Source: an uncultured Planctomycetia bacterium (GTDB taxonomy: Bacteria > Omnitrophota > Gorgyraeia > Tantalellales > Tantalellaceae). Taken from it: DNA of 64,000 nt. How positions within the stretch are numbered: position 1 is the stretch's first letter; each line of letters starts with the position of its first letter. The stretch is taken from the NCBI GenBank assembly GCA_964572255.1, contig CAZNEE010000001.1:331587-395586 (forward strand), written 5' to 3'. The notes beneath the pieces are model-generated. The model had not been told where the DNA came from. It saw nothing but the letters and a program-made list of their open reading frames with translations, and made no database searches. This document shows, in pieces, positions 49,216-60,800 of the stretch. The position numbers were made by a program, and so were the translations under genes.

Positions 49216-49393
49216 ATGAAGATCAATATCCGCTATATTAAGGAAAAAGACATTTTTGAGTTCCAGCTTGTTGAGAAAAAGTTAAGGTCGCATTTCATTA
49301 TGGCGCGGGCCGAACTGAATGATCTCAGGACCCTGCTTGAAAGGGCTCTTCTTGAGAGCAAGAAAAACCGATCGCAGGGCAAGTAAAGAGAGT

Positions 49394-49834
49394 ATGGACA
49401 TGACGCATAAAAAAACAGTAAAAATATCCTCCATTTTAATTTTTTGTTTTATTCTTCTTGCTCTCTTTGCAGGCGATATGCAGGCCGCAAGCAAAAAGGA
49501 GAAAAAGAAGTGGGTAAAGTCAAAACATGGAACAAGCGCGCTTCTCAAGCTAAGCAGAGACCGCAGTGAAATGATGCGCGAATATCAAAAGGAAACTCAT
49601 AGCTATAACAGATTGAAAAAGGCTATCGGGGCGGGATCGCTTAAACCGGGAGATAGTGCTAAAGATGTGAAAAGAAAGATAGGCGATCCTGTTATAGTCC
49701 TGAAAGAAAATGACGGGAAGACGACGAGGTGGGTCTTTAAGCCTCACAGCGCCAGTTATTTCTCGGATGAAAAGATATATCTGTTTTTTGACGAGAACAA
49801 TAAGCTCATCAGGGGAGAATCCCCCGGCAAGTAA
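49394..49834 (+). CDS. secreted hypothetical protein
   Basis: Signal peptide (ILLALFAGDMQA); internal ATG chosen. Confidence 0.45.
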   Translation: MDMTHKKTVKISSILIFCFILLALFAGDMQAASKKEKKKWVKSKHGTSALLKLSRDRSEMMREYQKETHSYNRLKKAIGAGSLKPGDSAKDVKRKIGDPVIVLKENDGKTTRWVFKPHSASYFSDEKIYLFFDENNKLIRGESPGK

Positions 49835-49871
49835 GACGGCTGCCGTTTATGCCAATAGTCACCCCTTTTTA

Positions 49872-50945
49872 CTATTTACTTCTATTTAGATCTTGCATGT
49901 TCTTATATCTTGCCTCGATGATCTTTTCAGCCGGTTTGTTCTGGGGAGTGAATTGCCTGTTGTGCTTTCCTCCGGCATAAATATTTGTGTTCCATCTCCA
50001 CCAGTAAACACCTGCCAGCCAGCTTGATCCCTCGAAGCTTTCAAAAAAGGCCTTATAGCATTTTGCCTGAGTTTCTATATCGGCATTACCGAAAGTACCG
50101 CCTTGCCACGGATTGCTTGCGGCGTGAGAAGTAGATGCATAACCGATCTCGGTGAAAATGATCGGCTTATTTATTTGTTTTTGCCACGCCTCAAGGTCAT
50201 ATTTCCATTTTTCCCAGCCGGTTTTTATGTCTTCCACGGTCGGGTTCGATTTATAGGTAAGAGGAAAATACGCGTCAATACCGACATAATCAAGATCTTT
50301 CCAGAATTTTATGTTCTTATAATTATCCCAGTTGGCGGCGTAAATAAGTTTTCCGCTATATACCTTTTTAACCTCGGGGATGATCATATCCTCCCAAATG
50401 CCGTTCTTTTGAGCGGCGAACGCGAGTTCTGTGCCGATGCAGAAGAGTTCCACATCAAGCTTTTCGGCTATTTTCGCGTAATGCCTTATGAATTTGCAGT
50501 ATTCCACGGCCCATTTTTGCCAATCCTCTTCATTTGTAAATCCTATATCCGCGCGCCAGTAAGTGCCGTCATGTTTATCAATAAGATCAATATGAGGTTT
50601 TAACATGACTTTCATGCCGAGCTTATGGGCGGTTTTAATGGCATGTCTTATGCTGAAATCGGCTGGCGTTTGATCCGTTCTCTTTATTTTTGTAGAATTA
50701 TGCTTTTCCTGATATTGAGTTACGCATATCGCCACATATTCCACACCGATCTCGGACAGTTTCTTAAGGGAAAGATCAGAATATTTCGAGGCAAAACAGT
50801 CCCTGTCCCAGCCGACATAACTCATCCCCTTTTGGAAAAGGGGAGCGGTTACATCCGCATAAAGGACTGCGTTTGATGTCAGGCTTACGATAATTAATGT
50901 CAAAGATAATATTTTGAACCAGTGTTTTAATTGACGGCTTTTCAT
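49872..50945 (-). CDS. secreted glycoside hydrolase, clan GH-A TIM-barrel (GH5/GH113-like)
   Basis: Signal peptide; (beta/alpha)8 pattern with FTEIGY-type nucleophile motif; ATG at 50943-50945 with RBS AAAGGAGG preferred over the TTG in the ORF track. Confidence 0.65.
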   Translation of the reverse strand: MKSRQLKHWFKILSLTLIIVSLTSNAVLYADVTAPLFQKGMSYVGWDRDCFASKYSDLSLKKLSEIGVEYVAICVTQYQEKHNSTKIKRTDQTPADFSIRHAIKTAHKLGMKVMLKPHIDLIDKHDGTYWRADIGFTNEEDWQKWAVEYCKFIRHYAKIAEKLDVELFCIGTELAFAAQKNGIWEDMIIPEVKKVYSGKLIYAANWDNYKNIKFWKDLDYVGIDAYFPLTYKSNPTVEDIKTGWEKWKYDLEAWQKQINKPIIFTEIGYASTSHAASNPWQGGTFGNADIETQAKCYKAFFESFEGSSWLAGVYWWRWNTNIYAGGKHNRQFTPQNKPAEKIIEARYKNMQDLNRSK

Positions 50946-50960
50946 CCCCAACCTCCTTTG

Positions 50961-51010
50961 AAAAATAAAAAACCCTATTCGCGAAAGGGAAACTTCTGAC
51001 GAATAGGGTT
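50961..51010 (-). terminator. intrinsic terminator (riboswitch expression platform)
   Basis: On the minus strand, AACCCUAUUCG...CGAAUAGGGUU then UUUUUUAUUUUU immediately before the RBS of the GH gene. Confidence 0.7.
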
Positions 51011-51044
51011 AAAAAATAAAAAGTTGGAAATGTCAGACCGTCTT

Positions 51045-51140
51045 TAATCACTTCGGCAGCCCGGCAGCCATATCCCGCTAGGGGAGTTAGGCTCGAGACT
51101 TTGCAGCCCTATCCTTTCAGATAGTTTGCCCTTATCGATG
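51045..51140 (-). promoter_or_regulatory. c-di-GMP-I (GEMM) riboswitch aptamer
   Basis: Minus-strand RNA ...AAGGGCAAACUAUCUGAAAGGAUAGGGCUGCAAAGUCUCGAGCCUAAC...GCCGGGCUGCCGAAG matches the Vibrio Vc2-type pattern GGCAAACC-GNRA hairpin-GGGACGCAAAGCC-YCGRGCCUAAAC...GCGGGGUUACCGA. Confidence 0.75.
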
Positions 51141-51508
51141 ATCACTTCTGGTATCTATCAGAGAACTTCGGTTTTCAATGTTGCCCGTCTTTTGCTGTTC
51201 TACTTTAAAGGATAATGATAAAAAACTAAAAAGCAAGATTTCAGAACTACCTTTTTTGATGTTTTACATAAAGTAGTTAAGAACTATTTTCTAACATGCT
51301 GTAAGATATATAAAAAGTAAGCTTTCAAGCAATTTATGAGCATTTTAGAGTATTTTGATTTATTGTGGACAAGATAAATTTCCGAAATAGTCAGCTCATT
51401 TTTTGGGGTGCTGCGGAAAAAAGTCAATCCGTTAGGAAATTATTTATCCAATTTTTCCATATTTTCACATTCTACAGAGCTTCACATGAAAGGTTTTGTC
51501 CGATATAA

Positions 51509-51583
51509 ACAGAGCAATATGTTCCCTACCAGGGCCCCTCCGCCCGGTGTGGATCCTCCCTGTACGGGAACATATTGCTCTGT
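51509..51583 (-). repeat. conserved-core hairpin element, copy H2 (reverse orientation)
   Basis: Perfect 18-bp stem ACAGAGCAATATGTTCCC/GGGAACATATTGCTCTGT enclosing the reverse complement of the H1 core with identical GTACAG/CTGGTA spacers. Confidence 0.7.
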
Positions 51584-51654
51584 TTTCAATAGAACAAAAC
51601 TTTTATGGGATCCTTCCTATTAATAGGGATATAGTAAAATATCAAATAATAGTA

Positions 51655-51683
51655 TTGTTTTGTGGGCTAAAATTTTATATAAT
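51655..51683 (+). promoter_or_regulatory. sigma-70-like promoter TTGTTT-17-TATAAT
   Basis: About 25 nt upstream of the greA start. Confidence 0.45.
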
Positions 51684-51707
51684 CATCAAAATATATTAGG
51701 AGATGAT

Positions 51708-52184
51708 ATGAGCCAAAAAGTGCAATTAACAAGAGATGGTTATAATAAGCTTCACAAAGAGCTCGAGGAGCTTAAAGGGAAAAAACGGAGAGAGATATCT
51801 AAAGATATTGCCGAAGCTCGGGCGCATGGCGACCTTAGCGAAAATGCCGAATATGCCGCTGCGAGGGAAGCTCAGGCATTTAATGAAAAACGGATAGCGG
51901 AATTGGAGGACATTTTAAGCCGCGCGCAGATCATAGACGAGAATATGATCTCATCGGATGAGGCTTTGATAGGGGCAACGGTCAAGCTTGAAGATCAATC
52001 AACCGGCGAGGCGCTGACCTATATACTTGTTTCTGAAGAGGAATCGGATTTTGATTCCAATAAGATATCGATTTCATCTCTTGTGGGCAAAGCCATTCTT
52101 GGGCATAAGGTCGGGGACCAGATCGAGATAAATGTTCCCGCAGGCGTGCTTAAATATCGGGTAATAGAGATAACGCGGGAATAA
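51708..52184 (+). CDS. greA: transcription elongation factor GreA
   Basis: Coiled-coil N-terminus with DLSENAEY acidic tip, FKBP-like C-terminus; internal ATG after GGAG. Confidence 0.9.
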   Translation: MSQKVQLTRDGYNKLHKELEELKGKKRREISKDIAEARAHGDLSENAEYAAAREAQAFNEKRIAELEDILSRAQIIDENMISSDEALIGATVKLEDQSTGEALTYILVSEEESDFDSNKISISSLVGKAILGHKVGDQIEINVPAGVLKYRVIEITRE

Positions 52185-52204
52185 GACCAAGCGGAGTAAA
52201 AAAT

Positions 52205-52765
52205 ATGCGTAAAAAAGTTGATTTGGCTCTGGCGACAAGAATTGTTAATCATGGACCTGTTGTTCTTGTGAGTTCTTTGTATGATGAACGAATAGATGTT
52301 ACGCCGGTTGCCTGGAATATGCCTGTATCTAAAAAGCCGCCGATGATCGTACTTGAGATAGGCCGGAAGCATTTTATTTATGAGTGCATATTAAAAACCA
52401 AGGATTTCGTGGTAAATATTCCGCCGGCGTCAATGGCCGAAAGAATAGTAAAGTGCGGATCTGTATCCGGAAGAGACGTGAATAAACTGGATCTGTATGA
52501 TATTGCTGTAGAAGAATCCAAAGAGATAAAATCGCCTTCCATTAAAGATGCGATAGCGGTTTTGGAATGCACTTTATTGGAGGATAAATATTTGCTTGAA
52601 GAGTATAATATGGTAGTGGGGGAAGTAAAACACGCCGAAGCTGAGGAAGGTTCATTTGATGAACACTGGCTGTTCAGTGATACTGTTAAGACGATCCATC
52701 ATCTCGGCGATAAAACTTTTTGTGTTCCCGAAAATAAGGTTATAGACTTAAGGCAGGGGAGTTAA
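52205..52765 (+). CDS. flavin reductase-like FMN-binding split-barrel protein
   Basis: N-terminal pattern LVSS...TPVAW...S..PP..I characteristic of flavin-reductase-like domain. Confidence 0.7.
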   Translation: MRKKVDLALATRIVNHGPVVLVSSLYDERIDVTPVAWNMPVSKKPPMIVLEIGRKHFIYECILKTKDFVVNIPPASMAERIVKCGSVSGRDVNKLDLYDIAVEESKEIKSPSIKDAIAVLECTLLEDKYLLEEYNMVVGEVKHAEAEEGSFDEHWLFSDTVKTIHHLGDKTFCVPENKVIDLRQGS

Positions 52766-52769
52766 ATTT

Positions 52770-53822
52770 ATGGGTTTTAAAGGCAGAAGATTTAGGAAAA
52801 TAGTTCTTTTAGCGATCATTTTGGCGGTAGTATATTCATTTTTACCTCTCTTGCCGTTTTGGTTCATGGAAGGAGCGGACCCGAATGACAACAATGAGGC
52901 GAATGTGAGTAAGCTTTCGGGCAATAAGGGAAGTTATTTTTCTTTTATTGTCATGGGAGACAGCCACAATGGACTTATCTTTAATGATGCTGCTACGCTA
53001 AAAGAGATATGGCACATAAACAGGGAAGACAGGTTCCGAAAGGTCCCTATAGATTTCGTGATCGGCGTGGGGGATGTAGCTTTGCATTTTAAAGAATCTC
53101 ATTTTCGCGCTTTTAAAAAGATGCAAAAACTCATAAAATGGCCTGTTATAACCGCTATAGGCAATCACGATGACCGGGAACTCTTTGAAAAGTATTGCGG
53201 GATGAAGGAATTCGGGTTCAGTAACCGCAACTCATATTTTATCGTTCTTGATAATGAAGGCGGTGAACTTACCGAAGTTCAGTTTACATGGTTTGAGGAT
53301 CAGCTTACGAGAGGACAGGAGTACGATCATATCTTCGTGTTCATGCATAAACCTCCTTTCGATCCGTATCAGCAGGAATGGTATAACATGGATAACAGCC
53401 CCTGGGCATACAGATTCCGTAAACTTTGCGCGAAATATAATGTGGATATGGTCTTTTCGGGACACAAACATATGTTCAAACATGAGGTTTTTGACGATGT
53501 GGATTATATAGTTACGGGCGGCGGGGGTATGCTTATAGAGATCCCTGAAGCTGACGGAGGATATCTTCACTATGTCAGGGTCATGGTGAATCATGATTAT
53601 GTGACATATGAGGTGAGGAAAGTATCGCCTCCTTTATGGGAATATGTCACGTATTACTTCTGGAAAGAATTGATGTATTGGGTAAGAAATTGGTATGGCT
53701 CGGGTTATATCTTTACCAGAAACACAAAGATAGAGCCTTTGAAGGTATCGGGCCTGAATGACGAGGAATATTGGTTCAAGGGCCTGCTCGAAAAGGGGAC
53801 GCCCCATTCGGGGACACCCTAG
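52770..53822 (+). CDS. calcineurin-like metallophosphoesterase (membrane-anchored)
   Basis: GDSHNG, GNHD, GHKH metallophosphatase motifs; last 9 codons are encoded by a REP-like repeat, so the exact C-terminus is uncertain. Confidence 0.75.
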   Translation: MGFKGRRFRKIVLLAIILAVVYSFLPLLPFWFMEGADPNDNNEANVSKLSGNKGSYFSFIVMGDSHNGLIFNDAATLKEIWHINREDRFRKVPIDFVIGVGDVALHFKESHFRAFKKMQKLIKWPVITAIGNHDDRELFEKYCGMKEFGFSNRNSYFIVLDNEGGELTEVQFTWFEDQLTRGQEYDHIFVFMHKPPFDPYQQEWYNMDNSPWAYRFRKLCAKYNVDMVFSGHKHMFKHEVFDDVDYIVTGGGGMLIEIPEADGGYLHYVRVMVNHDYVTYEVRKVSPPLWEYVTYYFWKELMYWVRNWYGSGYIFTRNTKIEPLKVSGLNDEEYWFKGLLEKGTPHSGTP

Positions 53823-53824
53823 AG
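53795..53824. repeat. REP-like palindromic element (copy R2), GGGGACGCCCCATTCGGGGACACCCTAGAG
   Basis: Near-identical to R1 (5134-5167); overlaps the 3' end of the upstream ORF. Confidence 0.6.
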
Positions 53825-53832
53825 TTTAATAA

Positions 53833-55161
<1,329 letters not shown>

Positions 55162-55186
55162 GACTTGGCGCGGGAGCGGAATAGAC

Positions 55187-56119
55187 ATGAAAATATACGA
55201 CAATATAACACAGACTATCGGGAATACGCCTCTTGTCAGATTGAATAAAATAGATAAGGATCTGCCGGGAAATATTTTCGGAAAGATGGAATCATTTAAC
55301 CCTCTTTCCAGCGTTAAGGACCGTATAGGCATGGCTATGATCGAAGCTGCTGAGAGAGAAGGCAAGCTTAATAAGGACTCGGTTGTCATAGAGCCTACCA
55401 GCGGAAATACCGGAGTGGCTCTTGCTTTTATATGCGCGGCAAAAGGATACAGGCTGATACTTACAATGCCTGACACAATGAGCGTGGAAAGAAGAGCTCT
55501 CTTAAAGATCTTTGGAGCCGAAGTTGTTTTAACGCCCGGGGAAAAAGGGATGAAAGGCGCGGTTGAAAAGGCTGAGGAGCTTGCGAGGGAAACACCTGAT
55601 GCGTTCATGCCTCAACAATTTGAAAACCCGGCTAACCCTGAGGTGCACAGAAAAACTACAGCTGAAGAAATATGGAATGATATTGACGGTAATGTTGACA
55701 TATTCGTTGCCGGCATAGGCACAGGCGGGACTATCACGGGAACGGGTGAGGTGCTTAAACAAAGGAAATCCGGCGTAAAACTTATCGGGGTTGAACCGGA
55801 AGCATCAGCTGTTCTCTCAGGAGGAGAACCGGGACCTCATAAGATACAGGGCATAGGCGCAGGGTTTGTTCCTAAAGTCTTGAAAAAAGAATTGATCGAT
55901 GAGATAATAACCGTTTCCGATGATGAAGCAGGAGAATATTCGCGTCGGCTTGCCAGAGAAGAAGGTGTTCTTGCGGGCATATCTGCCGGGGCAAATGTTG
56001 CCGCGAGCGTTAAGGCGGCTTCAAGAGAAGAAAATAAAGGCAAGAATATTGTTACCGTGATATGTGACACAGGCGAAAGATATCTGAGCACATGGCTGTT
56101 CAGCGAATATCTTTCTTAA
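55187..56119 (+). CDS. cysK: cysteine synthase A
   Basis: IGNTPLVRL ... SVKDRIG PLP-lysine motif, [10 protein letters not shown] loop; internal ATG chosen. Confidence 0.9.
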   Translation: MKIYDNITQTIGNTPLVRLNKIDKDLPGNIFGKMESFNPLSSVKDRIGMAMIEAAEREGKLNKDSVVIEPTSGNTGVALAFICAAKGYRLILTMPDTMSVERRALLKIFGAEVVLTPGEKGMKGAVEKAEELARETPDAFMPQQFENPANPEVHRKTTAEEIWNDIDGNVDIFVAGIGTGGTITGTGEVLKQRKSGVKLIGVEPEASAVLSGGEPGPHKIQGIGAGFVPKVLKKELIDEIITVSDDEAGEYSRRLAREEGVLAGISAGANVAASVKAASREENKGKNIVTVICDTGERYLSTWLFSEYLS

Positions 56120-56132
56120 AAAGGGTTTAAAA

Positions 56133-57269
56133 ATGTCAGAAAAAAAAGAATTTGTAGAGACAAAATACTATATCATGCCAAAAGGGGAGAAGTTTATCCT
56201 TGAAAGCGGGGCTAAGCTTTCCGAACTTAAGATCGCTTACGAGACTTACGGAAAGTTGAATCGCGATAAGACCAATGCCGTTCTTATATGCCATGCGCTT
56301 TCCGGGGATGCCCATGCGGCCGGCTATCATTCCGGGGATAAAAAACCGGGCTGGTGGGACGATATGATCGGACCGGGTAAAGCCTTTGATACCGATAAGT
56401 ATTTTGTCATATGTTCGAACATTCTCGGCGGATGTAAGGGAACAAGCGGCCCGAATTCCATTAATCCGGCTACGGGAAAACATTACGGCCTGAGTTTTCC
56501 GATCGTATCGATCAAGGACATGGTCGATGCCCAGAAAAAGCTGATCGATCATTTAAAGATAGACAATCTTCTCTCGGTTTGCGGAGGGTCGATGGGGGGC
56601 ATGCAGGCTCTTCAATGGGCGATATCTTATCCTGATAATGTTGTCTCCTGTATACCGATCGCTTCTTCGTACAAGCATTCCGCTCAGCAGATCGCTTTCG
56701 ATGAAGTCGGGCGCCAGGCGATCATGGCTGATCCTGCGTGGAACGGGGGGGATTATTATGATAAGGATCATCCCTCGGCAGGGCTTGCTGTAGCGAGGAT
56801 GATAGGGCATATCACATACATGAGCGATAAGTCCATGGAACATAAATTCGGCAGGATCCTTAAGAAAAAAGAACTGGGGTACGAGTTTACTTCTGAATTT
56901 GAAGTTGAAGGATATCTCCGTTATCGCGGGGATAGCTTTGTAAAAAGATTCGATGCCAATTCATATCTTTACATAACAAAAGCGATGGATTATTTCGATC
57001 TGCAGCAGGATAAAAAATTGTATAATGCGTTCAAAGGGATAAAGAGCACGCGCTTTCTTGTTATTGCTTTCAGTTCAGACTGGCTTTATCCTTCGGCGCA
57101 GTCCAAGGAAATAGTCAAGGCCCTTAAGATGAACGGTATCGATGTAACATATTGCGAGGTAAGTTCAGATTACGGGCATGATGCATTCCTTCTGGAATTT
57201 GCTGAGGAATCAAAACTGATAAGGCACTTTCTGGATAAGACTTTCAAGAAGGCGGATAAAAAAACATGA
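56133..57269 (+). CDS. metX: homoserine O-acetyltransferase
   Basis: alpha/beta hydrolase with GGSMGG nucleophile elbow and MetX-typical N-terminus. Confidence 0.9.
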   Translation: MSEKKEFVETKYYIMPKGEKFILESGAKLSELKIAYETYGKLNRDKTNAVLICHALSGDAHAAGYHSGDKKPGWWDDMIGPGKAFDTDKYFVICSNILGGCKGTSGPNSINPATGKHYGLSFPIVSIKDMVDAQKKLIDHLKIDNLLSVCGGSMGGMQALQWAISYPDNVVSCIPIASSYKHSAQQIAFDEVGRQAIMADPAWNGGDYYDKDHPSAGLAVARMIGHITYMSDKSMEHKFGRILKKKELGYEFTSEFEVEGYLRYRGDSFVKRFDANSYLYITKAMDYFDLQQDKKLYNAFKGIKSTRFLVIAFSSDWLYPSAQSKEIVKALKMNGIDVTYCEVSSDYGHDAFLLEFAEESKLIRHFLDKTFKKADKKT

Positions 57270-57868
57270 CAGGCAAGAAAAAAGAGGAATTAAGACTTGA
57301 TCACAAAGTGATCGGCGATCTTGTAGAGGCCGGCTCCATGGTCCTTGATCTGGGCTGCGGTGACGGGGATCTATTGCAGTACCTCGTTGAGAACAAAGAG
57401 GTAAGAGGCAGCGGCGTAGAAATAAACGAGGAAGCCATCTACATGTGCGTTGAGAAGGGCTTAAGCGTATCGCACGGCGATATCGATTCCGGGCTTAAAG
57501 AATATCCTGATAAGTTGTTTGACTATGTTATTTTCAACCAGACCATGCAGCAGGTGTATAAGCCTAAAGAGGCGATAGCTGAAGCTCTGCGTGTCGGCAG
57601 AAAAGTGATAATAGGTTTTCCTAATTTTTGCCATATAAAGGCAAGGCTGCAGATATTCTTCACGGGGCATGTTCCCATAACGCCGTCTTTGCCTTACACG
57701 TGGTATGATACTCCAAACCTTCATTTTTTAAGCATAAAGGATTTTAAGGAATTCTGCGCGGAACAGGCGATAAATATCGAAAAGAAAGTTTTTCTGTCTG
57801 AAGAAAGGATCGTAAGGTTCTTCCCTAACATTTTCGCTTTGAACGCGATATATCAAATTTCAAAATAG
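57266..57868 (+). CDS. metW: methionine biosynthesis protein MetW
   Basis: SAM-MTase-like [11 protein letters not shown] motif; overlaps metX stop by 4 nt. Confidence 0.85.
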   Translation: MTGKKKEELRLDHKVIGDLVEAGSMVLDLGCGDGDLLQYLVENKEVRGSGVEINEEAIYMCVEKGLSVSHGDIDSGLKEYPDKLFDYVIFNQTMQQVYKPKEAIAEALRVGRKVIIGFPNFCHIKARLQIFFTGHVPITPSLPYTWYDTPNLHFLSIKDFKEFCAEQAINIEKKVFLSEERIVRFFPNIFALNAIYQISK

Positions 57869-57874
57869 CAAGAG

Positions 57875-60800
57875 ATGCAATCCTTCCAAGAGCATTACGA
57901 CAGGCTGAACAAAGAACAAAAACAGGCTGTTGATAGAATCGACGGGCCTGTGCTTATCCTTGCCGGACCCGGAACGGGGAAAACGCAGTTATTGTCGGTA
58001 CGCGCGGCGAATATTATCCAAAAGAAAAAAGCCGAAGCTGAAAATATCCTGATACTCACTTTCACCAATGCCGCTGCCCGAGAAATGCGGGAGCGCCTCA
58101 CACGGATAATAGGACACGATGGTTACAATGTAGAAGTAGAGACTTTCCACAGCTTTGCCAACTCGATCGTTCTTGAATCAGAAGGGGCTACCAAGTTCGT
58201 GAAAGACAAAGTAGAGATAAGCGAAGTCGAGAAGGTCAAGGCGTTGGAACATATCCTTGACAATGTAAAGGGAGTAGAGCCTTTAAGGCCTTTTGGGTCG
58301 CCATATATTCACAGAAGAGAAATAGAAAAAAGAATAAGCGAGCTCAAAAACGAGGGCATTTTGCCGGAAGATTTTAAAAACAGCTTAAAGGGGCTTAAAC
58401 CAGACGGGATAAATGTCGAGGAGAAGCACATATCGCGCCTGAAAGCGCTCAGTCTTATATATGAGAGTTATGAAAAATTAAAAGATGAAAATTGCAAGGT
58501 TCTTTTTGATGAAAGAGGGCGCATAGATTATGATGACATGATACTTATAGCCCTGGATGCACTAAAGAAGGATAAAGAATTAAGAAATAGTCTCAGCGAG
58601 CAGTACAAGTATATAATGGTGGATGAATATCAGGATACTAATGGCGCACAACTTGAACTTATGTTCGCTATACTTGATAAAGATAGATGTAACGTGTGTT
58701 GTGTAGGCGACGATGATCAGGCCATATACAGGTTCCAGGGGGCTACGCTTTCTAATTTTCGTGTTCTGAAAAAAAGATTACCTTCCCTTGAGACGATAGC
58801 CCTTAAGAATAATTACCGTTCAACGGATGAGATAATAAACCTTTCGGATGAAATAATCACACAGCTTCCAGAAAATGAACGCATTGCTGTTAAAAAACTT
58901 ACTTCCTGCAGGGGCTATGGAGACAAGGACATACGTTTTTTGGACTTTTTGACGGAAGAAGAAGAACTTGCTTTTATTGTAGATGAGGTAAAAAAACATG
59001 CTAAAAAAATAGGAAAAGACAAGACCCTTACAGCCGAAGAGAGAGAAAAACCCTACAATAATATTGCCGTTCTGGTACGGAAGCGAGACCAGATATTGAA
59101 AGTGATAGATGCCTTTCTGAAAGCCGGCATACCGTATGCTACGGACGGAGAGGAAGATATACGCGGGGAAAAACGCGTAAGGCAGATGCTTGATGTGCTT
59201 GAGCTGGCAAATATAAGCACTGAAAATAATGAGAGGAAGTCTCTTGCGCTTTACAAGATTCTCACTTCCGATTACATAAATGCCTCGCATTCAGATGTCT
59301 TAAAACTAATAGCACATGTAAACAAGAAAAAACTTCTTGCCAAGAAAAGCAGCTTAGAGGAATATAGGTCTATAAACTTTTTCCAAGAGTTCCAGGAAAG
59401 CTTTGCCTATTTTACGAAAGATGAGAACGGTCAGCCTGTTTTACCATCTGCAGAAGAGTCAAAAAAACTAGAGGTTACAAAAGAGCTTGATCTTGAAAAA
59501 CCCCATGTTTTACATAAGATAGCCTGGGCCGTGAATAGACTCCTAAGAGACGCAAGAAATAGGCCCGTTCATGACATGCTCATGAGGTATATCGATGACA
59601 CACGTCTTTACAGATTTATCCTGGCCAGATACGAAAATGACAAAGTGCTTTGCATCAGAGACCTGCGGTCACTAGTTTCTTTTATTAATATGGTTAAGCA
59701 GTCAGACCTTTCGAATCCAGCGTTGGGGCTTGATGACTTCATGGAGGAATTAGAACTCAGGGAAGTACACGGCATGCCTATCAAGGGCCGCCTAGCGACC
59801 TTGAGTCAAGACGGTGTGCGTATATACACCTCCCACAAGGCTAAGGGGCTTGAATTTTACACAGTTTTTATACCTTTCTGTCTTCATCAAAAAAGCTGGC
59901 CTCTCAGGAGAAAACCGGATGCTGTGCCGCTGCCACCTGATATATATAAAAGCAAAGAACGCGTTGAGGAAAAAGAGAAAATCAAACTATTAGATAAGTA
60001 TGATGAACTGCGTCTTTTTTATGTGGCTTCAACGCGAGCAAAGTCGCATCTAGTGTATACGGCAACTCCGGCAGAGAAGGTTATAGTAAGTCCTTTCCTT
60101 GGGCACATGTCGGTAGAACCTGAAGCAGGGTCACCGCAGGATGAAGAAAAGTTTCTTGTCGGATATCTTTCAAGAAACGCGGAGGATGAAGCCTTTGATA
60201 ATAGCCGAGAGATACTGAAAGATATTGTCAGTCATATCTCTCTTAACCCGACAAGCCTCAATAACTATATCAAGTGCAAAAGAAAATTCTTATACGATAA
60301 TGTTCTCATGCTTCCCGGCAGAAAGAATCAGCAGCTGACCTTCGGTAACTGCGCACATAAGGCTCTGGAAGATATTTATACAGAGTATATGGAGAGTAAA
60401 AAATTTCCAGCCTTTAGTGTTTTTAAGAAAAGTTTTATTAGAGAACTTGAATATCAGGGGGTCAATGACGCCATAAAGAGTTGGTGCGTGAGCAAGCTGG
60501 ACGGGCTTAAGGGCTGGTATGAGAAGGAAGCAAAGTCGCCTGTTATGCCGCTTGAGTTAGAAAATAAACTAGAGATAAGATTACCCGAAGGCCTCGTGTT
60601 CAGAGGGACCTTCGATAAAATAGAGCCTGATGGCGAAGGCGTTATAAGGGTTATTGACTATAAGACAGGCAAACCCGATGACCATGTTAAAGCCATAACG
60701 AATTGCAGAGATCTTTCAAAATATGAGTGTGATGATTATTACAGGCAGCTTGTTTCTTATAAACTTCTCTATGAGAGGGCCCTTTCTGACAAAAAAAGAG

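Noticed and set aside
51200-51500. AT-rich region between the riboswitch and hairpin H2 as a possible additional ncRNA or minus-strand promoter
   Set aside because: Several weak -35/-10 candidates exist, but none with canonical spacing. No conserved structure was recognisable, so it is left unannotated.
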